Source of the DNA: Nemertoderma westbladi
Lineage: Eukaryota > Animalia > Xenacoelomorpha
Length of the DNA: 64,000 nucleotides
Direction: 5' to 3'
Assembly: GCA_032718475.1 (NCBI GenBank)
Contig: JAUCBJ010004184.1
Location: 1-64,000 of the forward strand
Program-made: the position numbers and the translations under genes
Shown here: positions 37,201 through 52,200 of the stretch, in pieces
How positions within the stretch are numbered: position 1 is the stretch's first letter
How the letters are laid out: each line of letters starts with the position of its first letter
Notes under the pieces: model-generated
What the model was told of the DNA's origin: nothing
Database searches by the model: none
The model's input: only the letters and a program-made list of their open reading frames with translations

Positions 37201-40200
37201 TGCTTCATCTCTTCCATCCTTGCATTATTTCTCTCTTCCATGCTTCATCTCTTCAATCCTTGCATTATTTCTCTCTTCCATGCTTCATCTCTTCAATCCT
37301 TGCATTATTTCTCTCTCCCGTGCTTCCACTCTTCAATCATTGCATTATTTATCTCTTCCATGCTTCCACTCTTCAATCATTGCATTATTTCTCTCTTCCA
37401 TCCTTCCACTCTTCAATCCTTGCATTATTTCTCTCTTCCATGCTTCATCTCTTCAATCCTTGCATTATTTCTCTCTTCCATGCTTCATCTCTTCAATCCT
37501 TGCATTATTTCTCTCTTCCATGCTTCATCTCTTCCATCCTTGCATTATTTCTCTCTTCCATGCTTCATCTCTTCAATCCTTGCATTATTTCTCTCTTCCA
37601 TGCTTCATCTCTTCCATCCTTGCATTATTTCTCTCTTCCATGCTTCATCTCTTCAATCCTTGCATTATTTCTCTCTTCCATGCTTCATCTCTTCCATCCT
37701 TGCATTATTTCTCTCTTCCATGCTTCATCTCTTCAATCCTTGCATTATTTCTCTCTTCCATGCTTCATCTCTTCCATCCTTGCATTATTTCTCTCTTCCA
37801 TGCTTCATCTCTTCAATCCTTGCATTATTTATCTCTTCCATGCTTCATCTCTTCAATCATTGCATTATTTATCTCTTCCATGCTTCCACTCTTCAATCAT
37901 TGCATTATTTCTCTCTTCCATCCTTCCACTCTTCAATCATTGCATTATTTCTCTCTTCCATGCTTCATCTCTTCAATCCTTGCATTATTTCTCTCTCCCG
38001 TGCTTCCACTCTTCAATCATTGCATTATTTCTCTCTTCCATGCTTCCACTCTTCAATCATTGCATTATTTCTCTCTCCCGTGCTTCCACTCTTCAATCCT
38101 TGCATTATTTCTCTCTTCCATGCTTCCACTCTTCAATCATTGCATTATTTCTCTCTCCCGTGCTTCCACTCTTCAATCCTTGCATTATTTCTCTCTTCCA
38201 TGCTTCCACTCTTCAATCATTGCATTATTTCTCTCTCCCGTGCTTCCACTCTTCCATCCTTGCATTATTTCTCTCTTCCATGCTTCATCTCTTCAATCCT
38301 TGCATTATTTCTCTCTTCCATGCTTCCACTCTTCAATCATTGCATTATTTCTCTCTCCCGTGCTTCCACTCTTCCATCCTTGCATTATTTCTCTCTTCCA
38401 TGCTTCCACTCTTCAATCCTTGCATTATTTCTCTCTTCCATGCTTCATCTCTTCAATCCTTGCATTATTTCTCTCTTCCATGCTTCCACTCTTCCATCCT
38501 TGCATTATTTCTCTCTTCCATGCTTCATCTCTTCCATCCTTGCATTATTTCTCTCTTCCATGCTTCATCTCTTCAATCCTTGCATTATTTCTCTCTTCCA
38601 TGCTTCCACTCTTCAATCATTGCATTATTTATCTCTTCCATGCTTCCACTCTTCAATCATTGCATTATTTCTCTCTTCCATGCTTCCACTCTTCCATCCT
38701 TGCATTATTTCTCTCTTCCATGCTTCATCTCTTCCATCCTTGCATTTTTTCTCTCTTCCATGCTTCATCTCTTCAATCCTTGCATTATTTCTCTCTTCCA
38801 TGCTTCCACTCTTCAATCATTGCATTATTTCTCTCTTCCATCCTTCCACTCTTCAATCATTGCATTATTTCTCTCTTCCATGCTTCTACTCTTCCATCCT
38901 TGCATTATTTCTCTCTTCCATGCTTCATCTCTTCAATCCTTGCATTATTTCTCTCTCCCGTGCTTCCACTCTTCAATCATTGCATTATTTCTCTCTTCCA
39001 TGCTTCCACTCTTCAATCATTGCATTATTTCTCTCTCCCGTGCTTCCACTCTTCCATCCTTGCATTATTTCTCTCTTCCATGCTTCCACTCTTCAATCCT
39101 TGCATTATTTCTCTCTTCCATGCTTCATCTCTTCAATCCTTGCATTATTTCTCTCTTCCATGCTTCCACTCTTCCATCCTTGCATTATTTCTCTCTTCCA
39201 TGCTTCATCTCTTCCATCCTTGCATTATTTCTCTCTTCCATGCTTCATCTCTTCAATCCTTGCATTATTTCTCTCTTCCATGCTTCCACTCTTCAATCAT
39301 TGCATTATTTATCTCTTCCATGCTTCCACTCTTCAATCATTGCATTATTTCTCTCTTCCATGCTTCCACTCTTCCATCCTTGCATTATTTCTCTCTTCCA
39401 TGCTTCATCTCTTCCATCCTTGCATTTTTTCTCTCTTCCATGCTTCATCTCTTCAATCCTTGCATTATTTCTCTCTTCCATGCTTCCACTCTTCAATCAT
39501 TGCATTATTTCTCTCTTCCATCCTTCCACTCTTCAATCATTGCATTATTTCTCTCTTCCATGCTTCTACTCTTCCATCCTTGCATTATTTCTCTCTTCCA
39601 TGCTTCATCTCTTCAATCCTTGCATTATTTCTCTCTTCCATGCTTCATCTCTTCCATCCTTGCATTATTTCTCTCTTCCATCCTTCCACTCTTCAATCAT
39701 TGCATTATTTCTCTCTTCCATCCTTCCACTCTTCAATCATTGCATTATTTCTCTCTTCCATGCTTCATCTCTTCAATCATTGCATTATTTCTCTCTTCCA
39801 TGCTTCCACTCTTCAATCATTGCATTATTTCTCTCTTCCATGCTTCATCTCTTCAATCCTTGCATTATTTCTCTCTTCCATGCTTCATCTCTTCAATCCT
39901 TGCATTATTTCTCTCTTCCATGCTTCCACTCTTCAATCATTGCATTATTTATCTCTTCCATGCTTCCACTCTTCAATCATTGCATTATTTCTCTCTTCCA
40001 TGCTTCCACTCTTCAATCATTGCATTATTTATCTCTTCCATGCTTCCACTCTTCAATCATTGCATTATTTCTCTCTTCCATGCTTCCACTCTTCAATCAT
40101 TGCATTATTTATCTCTTCCATGCTTCCACTCTTCAATCATTGCATTATTTATCTCTTCCATGCTTCCACTCTTCAATCATTGCATTATTTCTCTCTTCCA

Positions 40201-40299
40201 TGCTTCCACTCTTCAATCATTGCATTATTTATCTCTTCCATGCTTCCACTCTTCAATCCTTGCATTATTTCTCTCTTCCATGCTTCCACTCTTCAATCA

Positions 40300-43200
40300 T
40301 TGCATTATTTATCTCTTCCATGCTTCCACTCTTCAATCATTGCATTATTTATCTCTTCCATGCTTCATCTCTTCAATCCTTGCATTATTTCTCTCTTCCA
40401 TGCTTCCACTCTTCAATCATTGCATTATTTATCTCTTCCATGCTTCCACTCTTCAATCATTGCATTATTTCTCTCTTCCATCCTTCCACTCTTCAATCAT
40501 TGCATTATTTCTCTCTTCCATGCTTCATCTCTTCAATCCTTGCATTATTTCTCTCTTCCATGCTTCATCTCTTCAATCCTTGCATTATTTCTCTCTTCCA
40601 TGCTTCATCTCTTCCATCCTTGCATTATTTCTCTCTTCCATGCTTCATCTCTTCAATCCTTGCATTATTTCTCTCTTCCATGCTTCCACTCTTCAATCAT
40701 TGCATTATTTATCTCTTCCATGCTTCATCTCTTCCATCCTTGCATTATTTATCTCTTCCATGCTTCATCTCTTCCATCCTTGCATTATTTCTCTCTTCCA
40801 TGCTTCATCTCTTCAATCCTTGCATTATTTCTCTCTTCCATGCTTCATCTCTTCAATCCTTGCATTATTTCTCTCTTCCATGCTTCATCTCTTCCATCCT
40901 TGCATTATTTCTCTCTTCCATGCTTCATCTCTTCAATCCTTGCATTATTTCTCTCTTCCATGCTTCCACTCTTCAATCATTGCATTATTTATCTCTTCCA
41001 TGCTTCATCTCTTCCATCCTTGCATTATTTCTCTCTTCCATGCTTCATCTCTTCCATCCTTGCATTATTTCTCTCTTCCATGCTTCATCTCTTCAATCCT
41101 TGCATTATTTCTCTCTTCCATGCTTCCACTCTTCAATCATTGCATTATTTATCTCTTCCATGCTTCATCTCTTCCATCCTTGCATTATTTATCTCTTCCA
41201 TGCTTCATCTCTTCCATCCTTGCATTATTTCTCTCTTCCATGCTTCATCTCTTCAATCCTTGCATTATTTCTCTCTTCCATGCTTCATCTCTTCAATCCT
41301 TGCATTATTTCTCTCTTCCATGCTTCATCTCTTCCATCCTTGCATTATTTCTCTCTTCCATGCTTCATCTCTTCAATCCTTGCATTATTTCTCTCTTCCA
41401 TGCTTCCACTCTTCAATCATTGCATTATTTATCTCTTCCATGCTTCATCTCTTCCATCCTTGCATTATTTCTCTCTTCCATGCTTCATCTCTTCCATCCT
41501 TGCATTATTTCTCTCTTCCATGCTTCATCTCTTCAATCCTTGCATTATTTCTCTCTTCCATGCTTCCACTCTTCAATCATTGCATTATTTATCTCTTCCA
41601 TGCTTCATCTCTTCCATCCTTGCATTATTTCTCTCTTCCATGCTTCATCTCTTCCATCCTTGCATTATTTCTCTCTTCCATGCTTCATCTCTTCAATCCT
41701 TGCATTATTTCTCTCTTCCATGCTTCCACTCTTCAATCATTGCATTATTTCTCTCTTCCATGCTTCATCTCTTCCATCCTTGCATTATTTCTCTCTTCCA
41801 TGCTTCATCTCTTCCATCCTTGCATTATTTCTCTCTTCCATGCTTCATCTCTTCAATCCTTGCATTATTTCTCTCTTCCATGCTTCCACTCTTCAATCAT
41901 TGCATTATTTCTCTCTTCCATGCTTCCACTCTTCAATCATTGCATTATTTCTCTCTCCCGTGCTTCCACTCTTCAATCCTTGCATTATTTCTCTCTTCCA
42001 TGCTTCATCTCTTCAATCATTGCATTATTTCTCTCTTCCATGCTTCCACTCTTCAATCATTGCATTATTTCTCTCTTCCATGCTTCATCTCTTCAATCCT
42101 TGCATTATTTCTCTCTTACATGCTTCATCTCTTCAATCCTTGCATTATTTCTCTCTTCCATCCTTCCACTCTTCAATCATTGCATTATTTCTCTCTTCCA
42201 TGCTTCATCTCTTCAATCCTTGCATTATTTCTCTCTTCCATGCTTCCACTCTTCAATCATTGCATTATTTCTCTCTTCCATGCTTCCACTCTTCAATCAT
42301 TGCATTATTTCTCTCTCCCGTGCTTCCACTCTTCAATCCTTGCATTATTTCTCTCTTCCATGCTTCATCTCTTCAATCATTGCATTATTTCTCTCTTCCA
42401 TGCTTCCACTCTTCAATCATTGCATTATTTCTCTCTTCCATGCTTCATCTCTTCAATCCTTGCATTATTTCTCTCTTCCATGCTTCATCTCTTCAATCCT
42501 TGCATTATTTCTCTCTTCCATGCTTCATCTCTTCCATCCTTGCATTATTTCTCTCTCCCGTGCTTCCACTCTTCAATCCTTGCATTATTTCTCTCTTCCA
42601 TGCTTCATCTCTTCAATCCTTGTATTATTTCTCTCTTCCATGCTTCATCTCTTCAATCCTTGCATTATTTCTCTCTCCCGTGCTTCCACTCTTCAATCCT
42701 TGCATTATTTCTCTCTTCCATGCTTCATCTCTTCAATCCTTGTATTATTTCTCTCTTCCATGCTTCATCTCTTCAATCATTGCATTATTTCTCTCTTCCA
42801 TGCTTCCACTCTTCAATCATTGCATTATTTCTCTCTTCCATGCTTCATCTCTTCAATCCTTGCATTATTTCTCTCTTACATGCTTCATCTCTTCAATCAT
42901 TGCATTATTTCTCTCTTCCATGCTTCCACTCTTCAATCATTGCATTATTTCTCTCTCCCGTGCTTCCACTCTTCAATCCTTGCATTATTTCTCTCTTCCA
43001 TGCTTCATCTCTTCAATCATTGCATTATTTCTCTCTTCCATGCTTCCACTCTTCAATCATTGCATTATTTCTCTCTTACATGCTTCATCTCTTCAATCCT
43101 TGCATTATTTCTCTCTTACATGCTTCCACTCTTCAATCATTGCATTATTTCTCTCTTCCATGCTTCCACTCTTCAATCCTTGCATTATTTCTCTCTTCCA

Positions 43201-46200
43201 TGCTTCATCTCTTCAATCATTGCATTATTTCTCTCTTCCATGCTTCCACTCTTCAATCATTGCATTATTTCTCGCTTCCATGCTTCATCTCTTCAATCCT
43301 TGCATTATTTCTCTCTTACATGCTTCATCTCTTCAATCCTTGCATTATTTCTCTCTTCCATGCTTCCACTCTTCAATCATTGCATTATTTATCTCTTCCA
43401 TGCTTCATCTCTTCAATCCTTGCATTATTTCTCTCTTCCATGCTTCATCTCTTCAATCCTTGCATTATTTCTCTCTTCCATGCTTCATCTCTTCAATCCT
43501 TGCATTATTTCTCTCTTCCATGCTTCCACTCTTCAATCATTGCATTATTTCTCTCTTCCATGCTTCCACTCTTCAATCATTGCATTATTTCTCTCTTCCA
43601 TGCTTCATCTCTTCAATCCTTGCATTATTTCTCTCTCCCGTGCTTCCACTCTTCAATCATTGCATTATTTCTCTCTTCCATGCTTCCACTCTTCAATCAT
43701 TGCATTATTTCTCTCTCCCGTGCTTCATCTCTTCCATCCTTGCATTATTTCTCTCTTCCATGCTTCCACTCTTCAATCCTTGCATTATTTCTCTCTTCCA
43801 TGCTTCCACTCTTCAATCATTGCATTATTTCTCTCTTCCATGCTTCCACTCTTCAATCATTGCATTATTTCTCTCTTCCATGCTTCCACTCTTCAATCAT
43901 TGCATTATTTCTCTCTTCCATGCTTCCACTCTTCAATCATTGCATTATTTCTCTCTTCCATGCTTCCACTCTTCAATCATTGCATTATTTCTCTCTTCCA
44001 TGCTTCCACTCTTCAATCATTGCATTATTTCTCTCTTCCATGCATCATCTCTTCCATCCTTGCATTATTTCTCTCTTCCATGCTTCCACTCTTCAATCCT
44101 TGCATTATTTCTCTCTTCCATGCTTCATCTCTTCCATCCTTGCATTATTTCTCTCTTCCATGCTTCCACTCTTCAATCATTGCATTATTTCTCTCTTCCA
44201 TGCTTCCACTCTTCAATCATTGCATTATTTCTCTCTTCCATGCTTCATCTCTTCCATCCTTGCATTATTTCTCTCTTCCATGCTTCCACTCTTCAATCAT
44301 TGCATTATTTCTCTCTTCCATGCTTCCACTCTTCAATCATTGCATTATTTCTCTCTTCCATGCTTCCACTCTTCAATCATTGCATTATTTCTCTCTTCCA
44401 TGCTTCATCTCTTCCATCCTTGCATTATTTCTCTCTTCCATGCTTCATCTCTTCCATCCTTGCATTATTTCTCTCTTCCATGCTTCATCTCTTCAATCCT
44501 TGCATTATTTCTCTCTCCCGTGCTTCCACTCTTCAATCATTGCATTATTTCTCTCTTCCATGCTTCCACTCTTCAATCATTGCATTATTTCTCTCTTCCA
44601 TGCTTCCACTCTTCAATCATTGCATTATTTCTCTCTTCCATGCTTCCACTCTTCAATCATTGCATTATTTCTCTCTTCCATGCATCATCTCTTCCATCCT
44701 TGCATTATTTCTCTCTTCCATGCTTCCACTCTTCAATCCTTGCATTATTTCTCTCTTCCATGCTTCCACTCTTCAATCATTGCATTATTTCTCTCTTCCA
44801 TGCTTCCACTCTTCAATCATTGCATTATTTCTCTCTTCCATGCTTCCACTCTTCAATCATTGCATTATTTCTCTCTTCCATGCTTCATCTCTTCCATCCT
44901 TGCATTATTTCTCTCTTCCATGCTTCATCTCTTCCATCCTTGCATTATTTCTCTCTTCCATGCTTCATCTCTTCAATCCTTGCATTATTTCTCTCTCCCG
45001 TGCTTCCACTCTTCAATCATTGCATTATTTCTCTCTTCCATGCTTCCACTCTTCAATCATTGCATTATTTCTCTCTTCCATGCTTCCACTCTTCAATCAT
45101 TGCATTATTTCTCTCTTCCATGCTTCCACTCTTCAATCATTGCATTATTTCTCTCTTCCATGCATCATCTCTTCCATCCTTGCATTATTTCTCTCTTCCA
45201 TGCTTCATCTCTTCAATCCTTGCATTATTTCTCTCTCCCGTGCTTCCACTCTTCAATCATTGCATTATTTCTCTCTTCCATGCTTCCACTCTTCAATCAT
45301 TGCATTATTTCTCTCTTCCATGCTTCCACTCTTCAATCATTGCATTATTTCTCTCTTCCATGCTTCCACTCTTCAATCATTGCATTATTTCTCTCTTCCA
45401 TGCTTCCACTCTTCAATCATTGCATTATTTCTCTCTTCCATGCTTCCACTCTTCAATCATTGCATTATTTCTCTCTTCCATGCTTCATCTCTTCAATCCT
45501 TGCATTATTTCTCTCTTCCATGCTTCATCTCTTCCATCCTTGCATTATTTCTCTCTTCCATGCTTCATCTCTTCAATCCTTGCATTATTTCTCTCTTCCA
45601 TGCTTCCACTCTTCAATCATTGCATTATTTATCTCTTCCATGCTTCATCTCTTCCATCCTTGCATTATTTATCTCTTCCATGCTTCATCTCTTCCATCCT
45701 TGCATTATTTCTCTCTTCCATGCTTCATCTCTTCAATCCTTGCATTATTTCTCTCTTCCATGCTTCATCTCTTCAATCCTTGCATTATTTCTCTCTTCCA
45801 TGCTTCATCTCTTCCATCCTTGCATTATTTCTCTCTTCCATGCTTCATCTCTTCAATCCTTGCATTATTTCTCTCTTCCATGCTTCCACTCTTCAATCAT
45901 TGCATTATTTATCTCTTCCATGCTTCATCTCTTCCATCCTTGCATTATTTCTCTCTTCCATGCTTCATCTCTTCCATCCTTGCATTATTTCTCTCTTCCA
46001 TGCTTCATCTCTTCAATCCTTGCATTATTTCTCTCTTCCATGCTTCCACTCTTCAATCATTGCATTATTTATCTCTTCCATGCTTCATCTCTTCCATCCT
46101 TGCATTATTTATCTCTTCCATGCTTCATCTCTTCCATCCTTGCATTATTTCTCTCTTCCATGCTTCATCTCTTCAATCCTTGCATTATTTCTCTCTTCCA

Positions 46201-49200
46201 TGCTTCATCTCTTCAATCCTTGCATTATTTCTCTCTTCCATGCTTCATCTCTTCCATCCTTGCATTATTTCTCTCTTCCATGCTTCATCTCTTCAATCCT
46301 TGCATTATTTCTCTCTTCCATGCTTCCACTCTTCAATCATTGCATTATTTATCTCTTCCATGCTTCATCTCTTCCATCCTTGCATTATTTCTCTCTTCCA
46401 TGCTTCATCTCTTCCATCCTTGCATTATTTCTCTCTTCCATGCTTCATCTCTTCAATCCTTGCATTATTTCTCTCTTCCATGCTTCCACTCTTCAATCAT
46501 TGCATTATTTATCTCTTCCATGCTTCATCTCTTCCATCCTTGCATTATTTCTCTCTTCCATGCTTCATCTCTTCCATCCTTGCATTATTTCTCTCTTCCA
46601 TGCTTCATCTCTTCAATCCTTGCATTATTTCTCTCTTCCATGCTTCCACTCTTCAATCATTGCATTATTTATCTCTTCCATGCTTCATCTCTTCAATCCT
46701 TGCATTATTTCTCTCTTCCATGCTTCCACTCTTCAATCATTGCATTATTTATCTCTTCCATGCTTCCACTCTTCAATCATTGCATTATTTCTCTCTTCCA
46801 TCCTTCCACTCTTCAATCATTGCATTATTTCTCTCTTCCATGCTTCATCTCTTCAATCCTTGCATTATTTCTCTCTTCCATGCTTCATCTCTTCAATCCT
46901 TGCATTATTTCTCTCTTCCATGCTTCATCTCTTCCATCCTTGCATTATTTCTCTCTTCCATGCTTCATCTCTTCAATCCTTGCATTATTTCTCTCTTCCA
47001 TGCTTCCACTCTTCAATCATTGCATTATTTATCTCTTCCATGCTTCATCTCTTCCATCCTTGCATTATTTATCTCTTCCATGCTTCATCTCTTCCATCCT
47101 TGCATTATTTCTCTCTTCCATGCTTCATCTCTTCAATCCTTGCATTATTTCTCTCTTCCATGCTTCATCTCTTCAATCCTTGCATTATTTCTCTCTTCCA
47201 TGCTTCATCTCTTCCATCCTTGCATTATTTCTCTCTTCCATGCTTCATCTCTTCAATCCTTGCATTATTTCTCTCTTCCATGCTTCCACTCTTCAATCAT
47301 TGCATTATTTATCTCTTCCATGCTTCATCTCTTCCATCCTTGCATTATTTCTCTCTTCCATGCTTCATCTCTTCCATCCTTGCATTATTTCTCTCTTCCA
47401 TGCTTCATCTCTTCAATCCTTGCATTATTTCTCTCTTCCATGCTTCCACTCTTCAATCATTGCATTATTTATCTCTTCCATGCTTCATCTCTTCCATCCT
47501 TGCATTATTTATCTCTTCCATGCTTCATCTCTTCCATCCTTGCATTATTTCTCTCTTCCATGCTTCATCTCTTCAATCCTTGCATTATTTCTCTCTTCCA
47601 TGCTTCATCTCTTCAATCCTTGCATTATTTCTCTCTTCCATGCTTCATCTCTTCCATCCTTGCATTATTTCTCTCTTCCATGCTTCATCTCTTCAATCCT
47701 TGCATTATTTCTCTCTTCCATGCTTCCACTCTTCAATCATTGCATTATTTATCTCTTCCATGCTTCATCTCTTCCATCCTTGCATTATTTCTCTCTTCCA
47801 TGCTTCATCTCTTCCATCCTTGCATTATTTCTCTCTTCCATGCTTCATCTCTTCAATCCTTGCATTATTTCTCTCTTCCATGCTTCCACTCTTCAATCAT
47901 TGCATTATTTATCTCTTCCATGCTTCATCTCTTCCATCCTTGCATTATTTCTCTCTTCCATGCTTCATCTCTTCCATCCTTGCATTATTTCTCTCTTCCA
48001 TGCTTCATCTCTTCAATCCTTGCATTATTTCTCTCTTCCATGCTTCCACTCTTCAATCATTGCATTATTTCTCTCTTCCATGCTTCATCTCTTCCATCCT
48101 TGCATTATTTCTCTCTTCCATGCTTCATCTCTTCCATCCTTGCATTATTTCTCTCTTCCATGCTTCATCTCTTCAATCCTTGCATTATTTCTCTCTTCCA
48201 TGCTTCCACTCTTCAATCATTGCATTATTTCTCTCTTCCATGCTTCCACTCTTCAATCATTGCATTATTTCTCTCTCCCGTGCTTCCACTCTTCAATCCT
48301 TGCATTATTTCTCTCTTCCATGCTTCATCTCTTCAATCATTGCATTATTTCTCTCTTCCATGCTTCCACTCTTCAATCATTGCATTATTTCTCTCTTCCA
48401 TGCTTCATCTCTTCAATCCTTGCATTATTTCTCTCTTACATGCTTCATCTCTTCAATCCTTGCATTATTTCTCTCTTCCATCCTTCCACTCTTCAATCAT
48501 TGCATTATTTCTCTCTTCCATGCTTCATCTCTTCAATCCTTGCATTATTTCTCTCTTCCATGCTTCCACTCTTCAATCATTGCATTATTTCTCTCTTCCA
48601 TGCTTCCACTCTTCAATCATTGCATTATTTCTCTCTCCCGTGCTTCCACTCTTCAATCCTTGCATTATTTCTCTCTTCCATGCTTCATCTCTTCAATCAT
48701 TGCATTATTTCTCTCTTCCATGCTTCCACTCTTCAATCATTGCATTATTTCTCTCTTCCATGCTTCATCTCTTCAATCCTTGCATTATTTCTCTCTTCCA
48801 TGCTTCATCTCTTCAATCCTTGCATTATTTCTCTCTTCCATGCTTCATCTCTTCCATCCTTGCATTATTTCTCTCTCCCGTGCTTCCACTCTTCAATCCT
48901 TGCATTATTTCTCTCTTCCATGCTTCATCTCTTCAATCCTTGTATTATTTCTCTCTTCCATGCTTCATCTCTTCAATCCTTGCATTATTTCTCTCTCCCG
49001 TGCTTCCACTCTTCAATCCTTGCATTATTTCTCTCTTCCATGCTTCATCTCTTCAATCCTTGTATTATTTCTCTCTTCCATGCTTCATCTCTTCAATCAT
49101 TGCATTATTTCTCTCTTCCATGCTTCCACTCTTCAATCATTGCATTATTTCTCTCTTCCATGCTTCATCTCTTCAATCCTTGCATTATTTCTCTCTTACA

Positions 49201-52200
49201 TGCTTCATCTCTTCAATCATTGCATTATTTCTCTCTTCCATGCTTCCACTCTTCAATCATTGCATTATTTCTCTCTCCCGTGCTTCCACTCTTCAATCCT
49301 TGCATTATTTCTCTCTTCCATGCTTCATCTCTTCAATCATTGCATTATTTCTCTCTTCCATGCTTCCACTCTTCAATCATTGCATTATTTCTCTCTTACA
49401 TGCTTCATCTCTTCAATCCTTGCATTATTTCTCTCTTACATGCTTCCACTCTTCAATCATTGCATTATTTCTCTCTTCCATGCTTCCACTCTTCAATCCT
49501 TGCATTATTTCTCTCTTCCATGCTTCATCTCTTCAATCATTGCATTATTTCTCTCTTCCATGCTTCCACTCTTCAATCATTGCATTATTTCTCTCTTACA
49601 TGCTTCCACTCTTCAATCATTGCATTATTTCTCTCTTCCATGCTTCCACTCTTCAATCCTTGCATTATTTCTCTCTTCCATGCTTCATCTCTTCAATCAT
49701 TGCATTATTTCTCTCTTCCATGCTTCATCTCTTCAATCATTGCATTATTTCTCTCTTCCATGCTTCCACTCTTCAATCATTGCATTATTTATCTCTTCCA
49801 TGCTTCATCTCTTCAATCCTTGCATTATTTCTCTCTTCCATGCTTCATCTCTTCCATCCTTGCATTATTTCTCTCTTCCATGCTTCATCTCTTCAATCCT
49901 TGCATTATTTCTCTCTTCCATGCTTCCACTCTTCAATCATTGCATTATTTATCTCTTCCATGCTTCATCTCTTCCATCCTTGCATTATTTATCTCTTCCA
50001 TGCTTCATCTCTTCCATCCTTGCATTATTTCTCTCTTCCATGCTTCATCTCTTCAATCCTTGCATTATTTCTCTCTTCCATGCTTCATCTCTTCAATCCT
50101 TGCATTATTTCTCTCTTCCATGCTTCATCTCTTCCATCCTTGCATTATTTCTCTCTTCCATGCTTCATCTCTTCAATCCTTGCATTATTTCTCTCTTCCA
50201 TGCTTCCACTCTTCAATCATTGCATTATTTATCTCTTCCATGCTTCATCTCTTCCATCCTTGCATTATTTCTCTCTTCCATGCTTCATCTCTTCCATCCT
50301 TGCATTATTTCTCTCTTCCATGCTTCATCTCTTCAATCCTTGCATTATTTCTCTCTTCCATGCTTCCACTCTTCAATCATTGCATTATTTATCTCTTCCA
50401 TGCTTCATCTCTTCCATCCTTGCATTATTTCTCTCTTCCATGCTTCATCTCTTCCATCCTTGCATTATTTCTCTCTTCCATGCTTCATCTCTTCAATCCT
50501 TGCATTATTTCTCTCTTCCATGCTTCCACTCTTCAATCATTGCATTATTTCTCTCTTCCATGCTTCATCTCTTCCATCCTTGCATTATTTCTCTCTTCCA
50601 TGCTTCATCTCTTCCATCCTTGCATTATTTCTCTCTTCCATGCTTCATCTCTTCAATCCTTGCATTATTTCTCTCTTCCATGCTTCCACTCTTCAATCAT
50701 TGCATTATTTCTCTCTTCCATGCTTCCACTCTTCAATCATTGCATTATTTCTCTCTCCCGTGCTTCCACTCTTCAATCCTTGCATTATTTCTCTCTTCCA
50801 TGCTTCATCTCTTCAATCATTGCATTATTTCTCTCTTCCATGCTTCCACTCTTCAATCATTGCATTATTTCTCTCTTCCATGCTTCATCTCTTCAATCCT
50901 TGCATTATTTCTCTCTTACATGCTTCATCTCTTCAATCCTTGCATTATTTCTCTCTTCCATCCTTCCACTCTTCAATCATTGCATTATTTCTCTCTTCCA
51001 TGCTTCATCTCTTCAATCCTTGCATTATTTCTCTCTTCCATGCTTCCACTCTTCAATCATTGCATTATTTCTCTCTTCCATGCTTCCACTCTTCAATCAT
51101 TGCATTATTTCTCTCTCCCGTGCTTCCACTCTTCAATCCTTGCATTATTTCTCTCTTCCATGCTTCATCTCTTCAATCATTGCATTATTTCTCTCTTCCA
51201 TGCTTCCACTCTTCAATCATTGCATTATTTCTCTCTTCCATGCTTCATCTCTTCAATCCTTGCATTATTTCTCTCTTCCATGCTTCATCTCTTCAATCCT
51301 TGCATTATTTCTCTCTTCCATGCTTCATCTCTTCCATCCTTGCATTATTTCTCTCTCCCGTGCTTCCACTCTTCAATCCTTGCATTATTTCTCTCTTCCA
51401 TGCTTCATCTCTTCAATCCTTGTATTATTTCTCTCTTCCATGCTTCATCTCTTCAATCCTTGCATTATTTCTCTCTCCCGTGCTTCCACTCTTCAATCCT
51501 TGCATTATTTCTCTCTTCCATGCTTCATCTCTTCAATCCTTGTATTATTTCTCTCTTCCATGCTTCATCTCTTCAATCATTGCATTATTTCTCTCTTCCA
51601 TGCTTCCACTCTTCAATCATTGCATTATTTCTCTCTTCCATGCTTCATCTCTTCAATCCTTGCATTATTTCTCTCTTACATGCTTCATCTCTTCAATCAT
51701 TGCATTATTTCTCTCTTCCATGCTTCCACTCTTCAATCATTGCATTATTTCTCTCTCCCGTGCTTCCACTCTTCAATCCTTGCATTATTTCTCTCTTCCA
51801 TGCTTCATCTCTTCAATCATTGCATTATTTCTCTCTTCCATGCTTCCACTCTTCAATCATTGCATTATTTCTCTCTTACATGCTTCATCTCTTCAATCCT
51901 TGCATTATTTCTCTCTTACATGCTTCCACTCTTCAATCATTGCATTATTTCTCTCTTCCATGCTTCCACTCTTCAATCCTTGCATTATTTCTCTCTTCCA
52001 TGCTTCATCTCTTCAATCATTGCATTATTTCTCTCTTCCATGCTTCCACTCTTCAATCATTGCATTATTTCTCTCTTACATGCTTCCACTCTTCAATCAT
52101 TGCATTATTTCTCTCTTCCATGCTTCCACTCTTCAATCCTTGCATTATTTCTCTCTTCCATGCTTCATCTCTTCAATCATTGCATTATTTCTCTCTTCCA

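Noticed and set aside
38625-39496. Two identical 63-aa minus-strand ORFs
   Set aside because: They arise from one TTA>TTT variant removing a stop in the satellite, duplicated with a 680-bp block.
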